64,000 bases of DNA from Nitrospirota bacterium (GCA_016194285.1 JACQBZ010000028.1:25320-89319), one strand, 5' to 3'. Shown: positions 1 to 10,520, counted from the stretch's first letter. Made by a program: numbers and translations. The notes: generated by a model from the sequence alone, not told the origin.

Positions 1-456
1 CAATGGGGGGCCCGATACGGTCGTGACGGAATAAAGAAAACCGACGCCCGTACCAAAAGGCAGACCAACAGCCCGTTCGGAATTGATGGGTTTGCGCACA
101 CCGGCTGCTTGGAGGAGAATGAGGGGTAGAAGAACGGCGAAGGTCGTGAATTTGATCCAGCCGGGGTGGACGTACGACAAAACATAGCTGCCGAGAACGA
201 TGCCGGGAACCATCCCGATCAGAATGGGGATGACACGTCTCCAAACTTTCGACACGCCTCTCCAGTTTGTCAGCAAGACGTAACTGTTGATAAAGATCTC
301 GACCAGCACCAGGGCGGGGTTCAAGATCCGATTGGTATAGAACAGAAGCGCCACCGGGACGGTGATGGATGAAAAACCATGACCCAGTCCACCATTGACG
401 AGCGCCGCGAAAAGTGTAATGGAGATCAGTATGATTAGATCCGATTCGGTGCTCAT
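1..456 (-). CDS. Sulfite exporter TauE/SafE family membrane protein (partial, runs off window start)
   Basis: Manual translation from ATG 456: MSTESDLIILISITLFAALVNGGLGHGFSSITVPVALLFY...GFLYSVTTVSGPP; hydrophobic with GxGF and SGPP motifs typical of TauE. Not in ORF track because it is truncated. Confidence 0.75.
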   Translation of the reverse strand, partial: MSTESDLIILISITLFAALVNGGLGHGFSSITVPVALLFYTNRILNPALVLVEIFINSYVLLTNWRGVSKVWRRVIPILIGMVPGIVLGSYVLSYVHPGWIKFTTFAVLLPLILLQAAGVRKPINSERAVGLPFGTGVGFLYSVTTVSGPPL

Positions 457-469
457 ATCTTCACGGTAT

Positions 470-928
470 TCATATGTGATACATTAATACCTTCTGTTTG
501 TCTTTATCTTTCTTTCGCTCGCAAATATCTTGAATGGTAATAGACTCCAGAATCTTCATCACGGCCGCTCGGACTTCTTCCCAGATCGGCTTTAGAATAT
601 CCTCGCCGGGTTCAATTTCATACGGATGAAAACGGTCGTCATTTCCGGAAGGACGGTTGGATGGACCGATCGGACCCTCGATCGCTTCCAGAACGTCGCT
701 GATCCGAATCTCGGAGGGCGGCCGGCTCAGTACATATCCGCCCTGTGCGCCTCGTACGCTCTCGATCAGACCGGCTTTTCGAAGGCCGCTTAACACCTGT
801 TCTAAGAACCGAAGGGGTATCTGCTGGTTCTTCGCGATTGTTTTAGCCTGTAGGGGTGTCTCTTCGACATGTTGAGCCAGTTCGAATACGGCCAATACAC
901 CATACTCCCCCTTTGCTGAAAAACGCAT
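470..928 (-). CDS. Rrf2 family transcriptional regulator, CymR-like (no Fe-S cysteine triad)
   Basis: MRFSAKGEYG...SVRGAQGGYVL...IEGP Rrf2 motifs; C-terminal LMYHI; start moved to ATG 928 behind AGGTAGGA. Confidence 0.85.
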   Translation of the reverse strand: MRFSAKGEYGVLAVFELAQHVEETPLQAKTIAKNQQIPLRFLEQVLSGLRKAGLIESVRGAQGGYVLSRPPSEIRISDVLEAIEGPIGPSNRPSGNDDRFHPYEIEPGEDILKPIWEEVRAAVMKILESITIQDICERKKDKDKQKVLMYHI

Positions 929-1134
929 AATTCCTACCTTTCCGATCAAAATTAAGTAATTTATATAATATTCATAATCATGATGTCAATAGTTTTTATT
1001 TTTTATATAAAATATAGTTATAATTCAAAATGTTATAAAGATAATAATTTTGTCTTGTAGCAATACGGTATTGCAATTTGATTTATTTTATGTTATTGTC
1101 GCACATATTTTTATTAACTTGAAGGGACCATAAT

Positions 1135-2448
1135 TTGCTGCATATCTGGGCAGAATTAATTTCAATTTTCTTGCTTATTTTGTTGAACGGCTTCTTTGCG
1201 TGTTCCGAGATCGCGATTATTGCGGTCCGCCGTAGCCGGATCAAGCAGCTATTTGAGCAGGGCAATCGCCGCGCTGGCTTTGTCCATCAACTCCAGGAAG
1301 ACACAGCAAGGTTCTTGGCTACGATTCAGATTGGTATGACGGTCGTCAGTTCCTTGGCTGCGGCTGTGGGCGGTGTTTTTGCCGTCGAGACACTCAAGCC
1401 CGTCATTCAGCAGATTCCAAACGAAACGGTGCAGGAAGCCAGTGAAGCTCTGGCGGTGGGAAGTGTCGTACTCGTGATTTCCTACCTCTCACTCATCATG
1501 GGCGAGCTGGTTCCAAAATCCCTCGCGCTGAAATATTCGGAACCCATTGCCCTGCGAGTGGCCCTCCCAATCGTTTGGATGTCAAAGCTCACGTCAAGAT
1601 TTATCAAGATCCTGACGCTTTCCAGCAACTTCCTGCTGCGTTTCTTTAAGGGACCGGTTTCGCATGAGAAAACCTTTATCTCGGAGGAGGAAATAAAGAT
1701 CCTGATCCGTGAAGGGCGTGAGAAAGGGATCTTCGACCAGACGGAACAAGATTTGATCCACAGCGTGTTTGAGTTCACGGATATTTCGGTCAAGGAAGTG
1801 ATGATTCCTCGCCCGAAGATGCATGCCCTACAGATCGATATGCCTTCGGACGAACTTTTGAAATTTGTATCCACCCATAAATTCTCTCGTTACCCGGTTT
1901 ATCGTAGAGGGGTTAATGAAATTGTCGGGATCCTGTATTACAAGGACCTTATGAGCCAGCTGGTCAGCAAGGAACCGATCGACTTGAAAAATCTCATCCG
2001 GCCCGTATATTTTGTCCCGGAGACCATGAAAGTGAGCCATCTCTTAAAGGAACTTCAGCGCCGTCGGATCCAGATGGCCGTTGTCGTGAACGAATATGGA
2101 AGTGTTGAAGGTCTGGTCACGCTGGAGGATCTTGTGGAAGAAATTGTAGGGGAAATTCAGGACGAGGTGGACCGCGGCGAACGGCCCGTCGAGCGGTTGA
2201 AGGACGGGTCCATGGTTGTGGACGCCTCGATGTCCATTCGTGACCTTCACGATGATTATGGTCTGTCTCTGCCGGAGTCGTCCGAGTACGAAACACTGGG
2301 AGGGTTCTTTCTTTCACAGATCCAGAGCATTCCCCGTGGGGGCGAGATCATTCAACATGGAAAGTATAAGTTTACCGTTGTGGACATGGCGGATCGACGA
2401 ATCGCCAAGGTCAAGATCGAGAAAATCCCTGAGAAAGTTTCTTCTTAG
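1135..2448 (+). CDS. Hemolysin/CNNM family protein (CNNM-CBS-CBS-CorC)
   Basis: NGFFACSEIA, GELVPKSLA, FSRYPVY, VNEYGSVEGLVTLEDLVEEIVGEI, YETLGG motifs. Confidence 0.92.
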   Translation: MLHIWAELISIFLLILLNGFFACSEIAIIAVRRSRIKQLFEQGNRRAGFVHQLQEDTARFLATIQIGMTVVSSLAAAVGGVFAVETLKPVIQQIPNETVQEASEALAVGSVVLVISYLSLIMGELVPKSLALKYSEPIALRVALPIVWMSKLTSRFIKILTLSSNFLLRFFKGPVSHEKTFISEEEIKILIREGREKGIFDQTEQDLIHSVFEFTDISVKEVMIPRPKMHALQIDMPSDELLKFVSTHKFSRYPVYRRGVNEIVGILYYKDLMSQLVSKEPIDLKNLIRPVYFVPETMKVSHLLKELQRRRIQMAVVVNEYGSVEGLVTLEDLVEEIVGEIQDEVDRGERPVERLKDGSMVVDASMSIRDLHDDYGLSLPESSEYETLGGFFLSQIQSIPRGGEIIQHGKYKFTVVDMADRRIAKVKIEKIPEKVSS

Positions 2449-2540
2449 ACCGCAATCTCAAAGGCGCATGCTCAGCCGCATTTGTTGAACTCATTTGAGC
2501 GCATCTCCATCGCCAAGGCCTGGCGATATCCCAGGCTCCT

Positions 2541-3404
2541 TCAAATCCTGCATTCAAGTCGAACCTGTTCTTGGTAAGCCTCGTGTAAGAGGCGGGTGAC
2601 GGGACCGGGCCTCCCATCACCAATCGTGAACCCATCCGCTTTCGCGACGGGCATGATCTCCATTGACGTGTTGGTCAGAAAGCACTCATCCGCTTTGTAA
2701 AGATCTGAGGGCCGGAGACGAGTTTCCTTCACAGGAATGTCGGCCTGCCTTGCCAAATCGATGACGAGTCGACGTGTGATTCCCGCCAAAATGCCCAGAT
2801 CAACCGTAGGAGTATAAAGCCGGCCTCGCGTCACGATAAAAAAATTGCTGATGCTTCCTTCGGTTAAATAGCCGTTGACGGCGAGCATCAGCCCTTCATC
2901 TGCACGGTTTCGCTTGGCCTGGATTTTAGCCAAGATGTTGTTGAGAAAGTTGGCCGATTTGATCTGGGGGTCCAAAACCGACCGAGGGGTCCTGCGCACC
3001 GACACAATGGCTATTTTCAATCCATGATGGTATTGACGGGGATTGTAACCGTTGAAGACGCGGGGGATAATGACGAACGTCGGTTTTCGGCAGAGGGCGG
3101 GATCCAAGCCGATCGGTCCACAACCGCGTGAAATACAGATTCGAAGCAAAGCATTTTTTAGATGGTTGACCAACAGAGTTTCATCGAGCTGTCGACGTAA
3201 AACGGGAAGGGTGTATGGGAGGAAGATTTCAAGTCCTCGGGCCGACTCTTTTAACCGCCTCAGGTGTTCGTCAGATCGAAAGAGCCTTCCTTGGTAAGCC
3301 CGCAGGGTTTCAAATACGCCGTCTCCATAAAGAAAACCATGGTCGAGTACGGAAATGACGGCTCTCTGTTCATCGACAAACTTGCTGTTGAGATAAATGC
3401 GCAT
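2541..3404 (-). CDS. Class IV PLP aminotransferase-like enzyme, probably aminodeoxychorismate lyase (PabC-like)
   Basis: DHGFLYGDGVFETLR, IKSANFL, EGSISNFF, ILAGITR motifs; immediately downstream of a pabB/trpE-like gene. Confidence 0.8.
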   Translation of the reverse strand: MRIYLNSKFVDEQRAVISVLDHGFLYGDGVFETLRAYQGRLFRSDEHLRRLKESARGLEIFLPYTLPVLRRQLDETLLVNHLKNALLRICISRGCGPIGLDPALCRKPTFVIIPRVFNGYNPRQYHHGLKIAIVSVRRTPRSVLDPQIKSANFLNNILAKIQAKRNRADEGLMLAVNGYLTEGSISNFFIVTRGRLYTPTVDLGILAGITRRLVIDLARQADIPVKETRLRPSDLYKADECFLTNTSMEIMPVAKADGFTIGDGRPGPVTRLLHEAYQEQVRLECRI

Positions 3405-3410
3405 CGTCCG

Positions 3411-4886
3411 CTAACGCAACCGACTCAGAGCACGAAGCAAGGCCTCGGCTTTGTAAAGGGTTTCTTTATATTCAAGTTCAGGTTCCGAGTCGGCCACGAT
3501 GCCACCGCCGACCTGGATATAGGCGCGGCCATTTTTAATCACAAACGTCCGTATAATCAAGTTTAGGTCCAGTTCATCCGCAAAGCTGATATATCCGAAT
3601 GAGCCTGTATAGGGACCTCGAACCACCGGCTCCAATTCCTCGATGATCTCCATGCAGCGGACTTTGGGCACGCCGGTAATGGTCCCGCCCGGAAAGACGG
3701 CTCGGATGACGTCGAGGGAATGCTTGCCGGGTGAAAGTTCTCCACGGATATTGGAGACCATATGCATCACATGCGAGTAACGCTCCGTGACCATGAACTC
3801 ATTGACCTGGACGCTTCCGTAACGGCAGACTTTGCCAAGGTCATTCCGCTCCAGATCCACCAGCATGAGATGCTCCGCCCGTTCTTTTTCATTGGAGAGA
3901 AGTTCCATCCGCATTTCCCGGTCCTCGGGGGGATTTTCCCCTCGGGGTCGAGTTCCGGCGATGGGTCGGGTTTCAAGAAGGCCTTCTTGCAGACGGATAA
4001 GGCGTTCAGGAGAGGCACTGACCAGATAAAGATCTTCCATCTGGAGAAAGCCGGCAAAGGGAGAAGGATTGATTTCGCGCAGGACCTTGTACAGCAACCA
4101 AGGGTCCTGATCAAATGGAACCGAAAAGCGCTGTGAAAGATTAGCTTGATAAATGTCACCCGCAGCAATGTATTCTTTACACCGCAGGACCATTTTGATG
4201 TATTGTTCCTTTGTGAAATTCGAATCTGGATGAGCCGTCAGGGTCGAATTAGATTTGGGAAGACGACTTTGAATTGAACCTGCCAGTTGTTCCTCAATTC
4301 GTGCAATCTTCGATAGGCCCTTCTCCAAGAGGGCCTTACGGTCCGTGTGTAGAACATGGCTCTTGGGTGGCGTATAAATGATCTGGATGGTTTTTTGCTC
4401 ATGATCGAAGGCGATGACGGTATCTGTAAACATGAATAAAAGGTCTGGACAATCCAGATCATCCAAGCCAAGCCTGGGGAGTTTTTCGAAAAAACGGCCG
4501 ATGTCGTAACTGAAAAATCCGACGGCTCCGCCTGAAAAAGTGGGTAATCCTTCCGACTTGGGTATCGAAAACTCGTCGAGCAGGTTTTTCAGAATGGTCA
4601 ATGGAGATTCCTGGAGGATTTGGTGAGAACCTTGCCGATGGATCTCGCCCCGCTGGCCTTTCGTTCTCAAAACAAGGAAAGGTTCTGTTCCCACAAATGA
4701 GTAGCGTGCCGTTGCCCTCGACCCTTTCACACTTTCCAAAAGGAAACTAAAGGGACCGGTTGCGATGCGCTCATATGCCGCGACCGGTGTTGTCGTACTC
4801 CAGGATAGCCGTTTGACCAGCGAACCGGGATAAGGGCACTTTAGAAAGTGTTCTTTGGTTTGAAAATCCATTGAAAGGGGTTTCAT
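3411..4886 (-). CDS. pabB: Aminodeoxychorismate synthase component I / anthranilate synthase component I family
   Basis: FLLES, GDIYQANLSQR, ASPERL, RPIAGTRPRG, KERAEHLMLVDLERNDLG, FPGGTITGVPKVRCMEII; pairing with a class IV aminotransferase favours pabB over trpE. Confidence 0.75.
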   Translation of the reverse strand: MKPLSMDFQTKEHFLKCPYPGSLVKRLSWSTTTPVAAYERIATGPFSFLLESVKGSRATARYSFVGTEPFLVLRTKGQRGEIHRQGSHQILQESPLTILKNLLDEFSIPKSEGLPTFSGGAVGFFSYDIGRFFEKLPRLGLDDLDCPDLLFMFTDTVIAFDHEQKTIQIIYTPPKSHVLHTDRKALLEKGLSKIARIEEQLAGSIQSRLPKSNSTLTAHPDSNFTKEQYIKMVLRCKEYIAAGDIYQANLSQRFSVPFDQDPWLLYKVLREINPSPFAGFLQMEDLYLVSASPERLIRLQEGLLETRPIAGTRPRGENPPEDREMRMELLSNEKERAEHLMLVDLERNDLGKVCRYGSVQVNEFMVTERYSHVMHMVSNIRGELSPGKHSLDVIRAVFPGGTITGVPKVRCMEIIEELEPVVRGPYTGSFGYISFADELDLNLIIRTFVIKNGRAYIQVGGGIVADSEPELEYKETLYKAEALLRALSRLR

Positions 4887-4933
4887 TTACTTTTTTTCAA
4901 TCCGACCATTCGCGCTGTTTCAAAGCGCGTTTC

Positions 4934-4961
4934 ATCATACCTTAAACGGCCGGCTTGTCAA
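4934..4961 (-). promoter_or_regulatory. Sigma70-type promoter for pabB
   Basis: Minus strand TTGACA (4961-4956), 16 nt, TATGAT (4939-4934). Confidence 0.55.
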
Positions 4962-4994
4962 GACGTTAAGCAGGCGCATCCCTATAAAGCGGTT

Positions 4995-5023
4995 TTGACA
5001 ATCCATCGGTCAGCATCTATAAT
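4995..5023 (+). promoter_or_regulatory. Consensus sigma70 promoter for the HEAT/HD-GYP pair
   Basis: TTGACA (4995-5000), 17 nt, TATAAT (5018-5023); perfect consensus. Confidence 0.8.
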
Positions 5024-5047
5024 TAATCACAAACACGGGTTGTAGAG

Positions 5048-6802
5048 ATGGATGCGAAACTTCCAGGACCGGTCAAAAGTTCAGATTCCGATTCTAAAGT
5101 CGATGCGGATGTTGAGATTGATAAAGAAGAACTCAAATCGGTCAAAGATGTCCTTCTCCAGCTGACCAAAACGGCCAAAACCCTTAAAATCTATCTTCCC
5201 AATAATCCCATTTATCAAAAATTCCTGCAAGAACTTCAAAGCCGGTTCGATGCCCATCTTCGGGAATATGAGACGTTACGGCTTAAAATAAAGCAGTATG
5301 CCCTTTACTATAAAGGGCAAGTCGTTTATGAAAACACGAACCGACTGGAAAGCCTGGCTTTCAAGCTCTTTGTGGACGGCGTTCGAGACTTAACCTTCCT
5401 TGAGGGTATTGATAAAGACGAGATTACGAGCTTATTGGAGATTATCGGCCGGGAATACGATCCCAGCAACCCGGATGACGATATGGTGACGCTTTTATGG
5501 GAAAGACATTTTCCCCATATCAATTATTTAGTGGCCAGCGATTTCATCCAGGAAACCATCATGCCAAATAGGCCGCAGGAGGCGGCAATGTTTGAGAAAC
5601 TGGTTGAAAAAGAAAAATCCCAAATGAAGCCGGTGGCGGCGTCGGTTCAAACAACGCTCCAGGAACATCTGAGTCCCCAAATGGCCGTTCAGTCATCTCA
5701 GATTTTTGTTTTGTCAGAAGAGGAAATAGCCGCGATTAAGCAGCAAATGAAGGTGGAAAAATTTGCGAATCCGATCTCGACTCTCATGGGAATCTTGGCG
5801 GCCATTCTTCGGATCGAGAAGGACGATGCGGCGTTTTCCGAGATGGTTGAGATTCTCGATAATGTCTTGGAGACCCTGATGCTCCGAGGAGACTTCTGGC
5901 ACTCGAAGAAAATCCTGGAGCTCTTTCATGAACTCATGGAGCCGCAAAGAACCCTTCCGGAGTCTCAGCGGATTCGTTTAATTCAGGCGATCGATCGAGC
6001 GGGGGATCCACAGAGAATACGCGCGTTAGAGCCCGTGCTCAATCAGTGGGGAGCAAAAGAAACGGACGAGGTCTACGAATTCTGGTTGCTGCTCAACAAT
6101 AATGCCCTGCTCCCCTTGATCGAGCTTCTGGGCCGATTGACACAAATGAGAATGCGCCGTGTCATTTGCGAAGCCCTTGTTCATCTGGGAAAAGAAGATA
6201 TCGAACCTCTCATCCAAAAACTGGACGATCCTCGGTGGTTTGTGGTCAGAAATGTCGTTTATATTTTGGGCAAAATCGGACAGGAGAAGGTGATTGAGAA
6301 TTTCCGAAAATTGATTGGCCATAAGGAGGTTAAAGTTCGTAAGGAATTGCTTCATACCCTCGATGGAATGAAGGATAATCGGGCCCAGGAGCTGCTCGTG
6401 GGTTTTTTCAACGACCCGGAAAGTTCGCTTCGAATTCTGGCCGTTCGCAGCTTGGCGAGCCACAATTATCCAAGAGCCCTGGAGCCCTTAAAAAATATGA
6501 TCGATGAGCGGGAATTTGTTGTCCGGGATTTATACGAAAAGAAAGAAATCTTTGAGGCGTTGGGTAAAATAGGCGGCGCATCCATGGTGCCCAAGATGCG
6601 AAAACTCATCCGGCAAGGGGGCTCGGCTTGGTTTAAGAAAGCCGTCAAAGAAGAATTGGGACTGTGCGCAGTCATCACATTGAAACGCATTGGCACCGAA
6701 GATGCCGTTGCCGCATTACAAGAAGGGCAAAACCTGTCCAGCAAGGTCATTCGAGAAGCCTGTGTAAAAGCCCTGAGCGAGATCGGGAAATCCCATGGTT
6801 AA
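5048..6802 (+). CDS. HEAT repeat domain protein
   Basis: C-terminal repeats such as LDDPRWFVVRNVVYILGKIG, HKEVKVRKELLHTL, DPESSLRILAVRSL. Confidence 0.85.
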   Translation: MDAKLPGPVKSSDSDSKVDADVEIDKEELKSVKDVLLQLTKTAKTLKIYLPNNPIYQKFLQELQSRFDAHLREYETLRLKIKQYALYYKGQVVYENTNRLESLAFKLFVDGVRDLTFLEGIDKDEITSLLEIIGREYDPSNPDDDMVTLLWERHFPHINYLVASDFIQETIMPNRPQEAAMFEKLVEKEKSQMKPVAASVQTTLQEHLSPQMAVQSSQIFVLSEEEIAAIKQQMKVEKFANPISTLMGILAAILRIEKDDAAFSEMVEILDNVLETLMLRGDFWHSKKILELFHELMEPQRTLPESQRIRLIQAIDRAGDPQRIRALEPVLNQWGAKETDEVYEFWLLLNNNALLPLIELLGRLTQMRMRRVICEALVHLGKEDIEPLIQKLDDPRWFVVRNVVYILGKIGQEKVIENFRKLIGHKEVKVRKELLHTLDGMKDNRAQELLVGFFNDPESSLRILAVRSLASHNYPRALEPLKNMIDEREFVVRDLYEKKEIFEALGKIGGASMVPKMRKLIRQGGSAWFKKAVKEELGLCAVITLKRIGTEDAVAALQEGQNLSSKVIREACVKALSEIGKSHG

Positions 6803-8279
6803 TGATCCTAAGCAGATAGAGCCGTTATCCACCCGGCAGCTCTTGTCCCCCAAAGGATTTGATGAAGAAATGGCTAAAAAGGGTAAAGAACTGGTCAACC
6901 AGTTCTATATCCTTATGAAGACTGCGCAGATCCATGGACCAACGAATGTGGCGATGGAAGCACCCATCGAAAATGTATTCCGGACTCTCCGAGGGGTTTG
7001 GCAATGGAGCGACGACGCCTATCTCCGATTGGAAGGGGATTACCTTTTCTTGGATGAACTCAAGCTCAAGATGGACATCGACGGTTTTACCAGCTTTACC
7101 TCGCTTATTGATGCGCTGAAGCAATTGCAGATCGGTGGCATCCTATTTAAAAAGTCCTCTACTACCGGAGATGAATTGAAGCGGTTCGTTTATATTCTCG
7201 TACAGACGGATCCCAATACCCCAGAGCCGTTTGAAGGGGTCACGCAACGGATGAAAACCATGGGGATTGCCAGCATCGAAGTTGATCCCTTTGAGGAAAA
7301 GAAGGAAAGTTTCGATGACATTCTCCGAGATACAAAAGAGATGGCCAAGAGCACCTATTTCAGAACGATGACGGCCGTTGCGGAGGTGATGGACAATATT
7401 AAACTAGGTCAGGCCGTGAGTGTGAAGCGGGCCAAGCGAGTGGTTCAGAGCATGGTGGACTTGTTGTTGCAGGAAGAGTCGACCCTCTTAGGACTAACGA
7501 CGCTCCGAAGTCATGACGAGTATACACATCACCATTCCGTGAATGTTTGCATTTTATCGCTGACCATGGGGCAGCGTCTGGGATACTCTAAAAAAGAGTT
7601 GACCGAGTTGGGAATCGCGGCCCTGTTTCATGATATGGGCAAGGCCAGCATTTCTCCCGAGATTTTGAACAAGCCGACGGACTTCACGGAAGAAGAGTGG
7701 CAGGTCATGCGTCGGCACCCCATTCTTGGCGTGAAATACGTCATCAAGCTAAAGGGCATCAACGAAATGACCATTCGGATGGTCACCGGTATATTCGAAC
7801 ATCACTTAAATTATGACTCGTCCGGCTACCCGAAGTTGGATACAAAGTGGGAACTCAGTCTTCTGGGAAGAATCATCAGCCTTGTAGACTGTTATGATGC
7901 CCTAACTTCTTCCAGGGTTTACAATCGTGTTCCTTATCCTCCGGATAAGGCGTTGAAATTTATGTTAAACAAAAGCGGACGAGCGTTTGATCCAATCTTG
8001 ATGAAAATTTTCGTCAACAGCATCGGCATTTTCCCGATCGGAACCTTGGTCCTCTTGGATACCAATGAACTGGGCGTTGTAGTCCAGACCAGTTCTTCTC
8101 CGGATCGAATAGATAGGCCAAAGGTCAAGATTATTGCGGACCCATCCGGCATGGAGGTTGACGGAGACGTGATAGACCTCTCTGAACTCAATGAAAAGAC
8201 AGGCCGTTTTAGGACGAGCATTCTCAAGATCATTGATTCCACAAAATATAAAGTCGACGTCAGCCGATACTTTTTGTAA
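6795..8279 (+). CDS. HD-GYP domain cyclic-dinucleotide phosphodiesterase
   Basis: DEYTHHHSVNV, FHDMGK, HPILG, EHHLNYDSSGYP, DCYDALTSSRVY, FDP motifs; overlaps the HEAT gene stop. Confidence 0.9.
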   Translation: MVNDPKQIEPLSTRQLLSPKGFDEEMAKKGKELVNQFYILMKTAQIHGPTNVAMEAPIENVFRTLRGVWQWSDDAYLRLEGDYLFLDELKLKMDIDGFTSFTSLIDALKQLQIGGILFKKSSTTGDELKRFVYILVQTDPNTPEPFEGVTQRMKTMGIASIEVDPFEEKKESFDDILRDTKEMAKSTYFRTMTAVAEVMDNIKLGQAVSVKRAKRVVQSMVDLLLQEESTLLGLTTLRSHDEYTHHHSVNVCILSLTMGQRLGYSKKELTELGIAALFHDMGKASISPEILNKPTDFTEEEWQVMRRHPILGVKYVIKLKGINEMTIRMVTGIFEHHLNYDSSGYPKLDTKWELSLLGRIISLVDCYDALTSSRVYNRVPYPPDKALKFMLNKSGRAFDPILMKIFVNSIGIFPIGTLVLLDTNELGVVVQTSSSPDRIDRPKVKIIADPSGMEVDGDVIDLSELNEKTGRFRTSILKIIDSTKYKVDVSRYFL

Positions 8280-8339
8280 GCCCTGCCATTCGATTTTCTT
8301 AGCCCCATACAAAAAAATCCTTTTATTATAGTTTTAGAC

Positions 8340-8394
8340 TTGACAACATGAGAAAATATGTGATAAATTATATCCGACTAAAAGAGTCGCAGAT
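8340..8394 (+). promoter_or_regulatory. isc operon promoter with type-1 IscR-like operator
   Basis: TTGACA 8340-8345 and TGnTAAATT 8361-8369; ATATCCGACTAAAAGAGTCGCAGAT (8370-8394) has the GACT-N5-AGTC core of type-1 IscR sites. Confidence 0.65.
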
Positions 8395-8429
8395 TAAATC
8401 AGTCGTGTTTGAGTATTTGGAGTGTAACG

Positions 8430-8843
8430 ATGTTGAAATTAAGCAAGAAAGTAGATTATGGGCTGATGGCGATCAGTCACATTGCCTATTGCGAGGATGA
8501 TCAGAAGATCGTCAACACCAAGAGAATCGCTGAAGAATACAGTATTCCGGTTGAGTTGCTCGCAAAGATACTGCAAAAAATGGCCAAGGGCGGATTAATA
8601 ACAAGCTTGAACGGTCCAAAAGGGGGATATGTTTTAGCAAGGCCTCCTCGAGATATTACCGTGGGTCAAGTGGTCAATGCCATTGAGGGACCCATTGAGC
8701 TGGTGCATTGCTATCGAGAAGATGAAACCGAGTGCCAACAGCTTGGGAAGTGCAGTGTAAGAAAGCCCATCCGGAGAATACAAGACAGCATTGCTCGGTT
8801 GTTGGACAGCATCACGATTGAGGAAATTACGCGGTTGTCTTAA
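8430..8843 (+). CDS. iscR: Rrf2 family Fe-S cluster assembly regulator
   Basis: MLKLSKKVDYG, GPKGGY, three Cys (VHC..TEC..GKC); first gene of the isc operon. Confidence 0.8.
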   Translation: MLKLSKKVDYGLMAISHIAYCEDDQKIVNTKRIAEEYSIPVELLAKILQKMAKGGLITSLNGPKGGYVLARPPRDITVGQVVNAIEGPIELVHCYREDETECQQLGKCSVRKPIRRIQDSIARLLDSITIEEITRLS

Positions 8844-8864
8844 CCGCAACGAGAGGAGTTGGTT

Positions 8865-10079
8865 ATGAAGTTGCCTATTTATATGGATAATCACGCAACA
8901 ACTCCCATGGACCCGCGGGTCCTGGAAGCGATGATGCCTTATTTTACCGAAAAGTTTGGGAACGCCGCCAGCCGTAATCATTCTTTCGGATGGGAAGCAG
9001 AAAAGGCGGTGGACGATGCACGGCGTCAGATCGCGACGCTCATCCATGCGGATCCGAAAGAGATCATCTTCACCTCCGGTGCAACGGAATCGGACAACCT
9101 GGCCTTGAAGGGTGTGGTGGAGATGTATCGAGAAAAAGGCGATCATATTATAACCTCGGTAACGGAACACCGGGCGATACTGGATACGGTAAAGCGGTTG
9201 GAGAAGCAGGGCATGAAGGTGACCTATCTGCCCGTTGATAAAGATGGGTTTGTGAACCCCGATGAGGTGAGCAAGGCGATCACGGATAAAACGATCCTGA
9301 TCTCGATCATGATGGCCAATAATGAGATCGGGACGGTCAATCCGATCGCCGAGATCGGTCGGATCGCAAAATCGAGGGGTGTCTTGTTCCATTGTGATGC
9401 CACGCAAGGCGTCGGGAAGATTCCGGTGGATGTCGAAGCAATGGGGATCGACCTGATGTCGTTTTCCGCCCATAAGATCTACGGGCCGAAAGGGGTCGGT
9501 GCGTTGTATGTTCGTCGTAAAAATCCACGAGTCCGCTTAGCCCCCATGATGGATGGTGGAGGGCATGAGCGAGGGATGCGTTCAGGGACATTGCCTGTCC
9601 CATTGATTGTGGGATTTGGCAAGGCCTGTGAGATCTGCATGCAGGTGATGCCGGAAGAGTCGAAGCGATTGACCGAGATGCGGGAACGATTAAAGGCAGG
9701 AATTCTCAAAAACTTGGACGAAGTCTATCTCAACGGGCATCCCACGAAACGCCTTCCGAACAATCTTAACCTGAGTTTTGCGTATGTGGAAGGCGAATCG
9801 GTCTTGATGGGGTTAAAAGAGATCGCGGTTTCTTCAGGCTCCGCCTGTACCTCCGCCACGCTGGAGCCTTCGTATGTGATCCGGGCGTTGGGTGTCGGTT
9901 CGGATCTTGCCCATTCCTCGATTCGGTTCGGATTGGGTCGGTTTAATACGGAAGAGGAAGTGGATTATGTCATCAAACGGGTGACGGAGACGATTCAAAA
10001 ACTTCGGGCGATGTCGCCGCTTTACGAAATGGCCAAAGAGGGCATTGATATTAAAACCGTACAGTGGGCAAGAGATTAA
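8865..10079 (+). CDS. iscS: Cysteine desulfurase IscS
   Basis: [47 protein letters not shown]. Confidence 0.97.
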   Translation: MKLPIYMDNHATTPMDPRVLEAMMPYFTEKFGNAASRNHSFGWEAEKAVDDARRQIATLIHADPKEIIFTSGATESDNLALKGVVEMYREKGDHIITSVTEHRAILDTVKRLEKQGMKVTYLPVDKDGFVNPDEVSKAITDKTILISIMMANNEIGTVNPIAEIGRIAKSRGVLFHCDATQGVGKIPVDVEAMGIDLMSFSAHKIYGPKGVGALYVRRKNPRVRLAPMMDGGGHERGMRSGTLPVPLIVGFGKACEICMQVMPEESKRLTEMRERLKAGILKNLDEVYLNGHPTKRLPNNLNLSFAYVEGESVLMGLKEIAVSSGSACTSATLEPSYVIRALGVGSDLAHSSIRFGLGRFNTEEEVDYVIKRVTETIQKLRAMSPLYEMAKEGIDIKTVQWARD

Positions 10080-10103
10080 GATTAGCAAAGGGAGGTAAAT
10101 AAA

Positions 10104-10496
10104 ATGGCGTATAGCAATAAAGTGATTGAGCATTACAATAACCCGCGGAACATGGGAAGTTTTGCGAAGGATGAAAAGGAGATCGGGACCGGCATTGTAG
10201 GTGCGCCCGAATGCGGAGACGTTATGAAACTCCAAATCAAGGTGGAGTCCGGCCGCATCGTTGACGCAAAATTCAAGACATTCGGTTGCGGAAGCGCGAT
10301 TGCCAGTTCCAGTCTCGCGACCGAATGGATGAAAGGAAAGACGTTGGACGAGGCCGAAAAAATTAAGAATACCGAGATTGTCCAGGAACTGTCTTTGCCG
10401 CCGGTGAAGATTCATTGCTCCGTGCTGGCGGAGGACGCCATCAAAGCCGCCATTGCAGATTATCGCAAAAAAACCGACAACAACGGTTCTATTTAA
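10104..10496 (+). CDS. iscU: Fe-S scaffold IscU
   Basis: GAPECGDVM, FKTFGCGSAIASSS, LPPVKIHCSVLAEDAI. Confidence 0.97.
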   Translation: MAYSNKVIEHYNNPRNMGSFAKDEKEIGTGIVGAPECGDVMKLQIKVESGRIVDAKFKTFGCGSAIASSSLATEWMKGKTLDEAEKIKNTEIVQELSLPPVKIHCSVLAEDAIKAAIADYRKKTDNNGSI

Positions 10497-10520
10497 CCAA
10501 GAACGAGGAGGAAACAAAAA

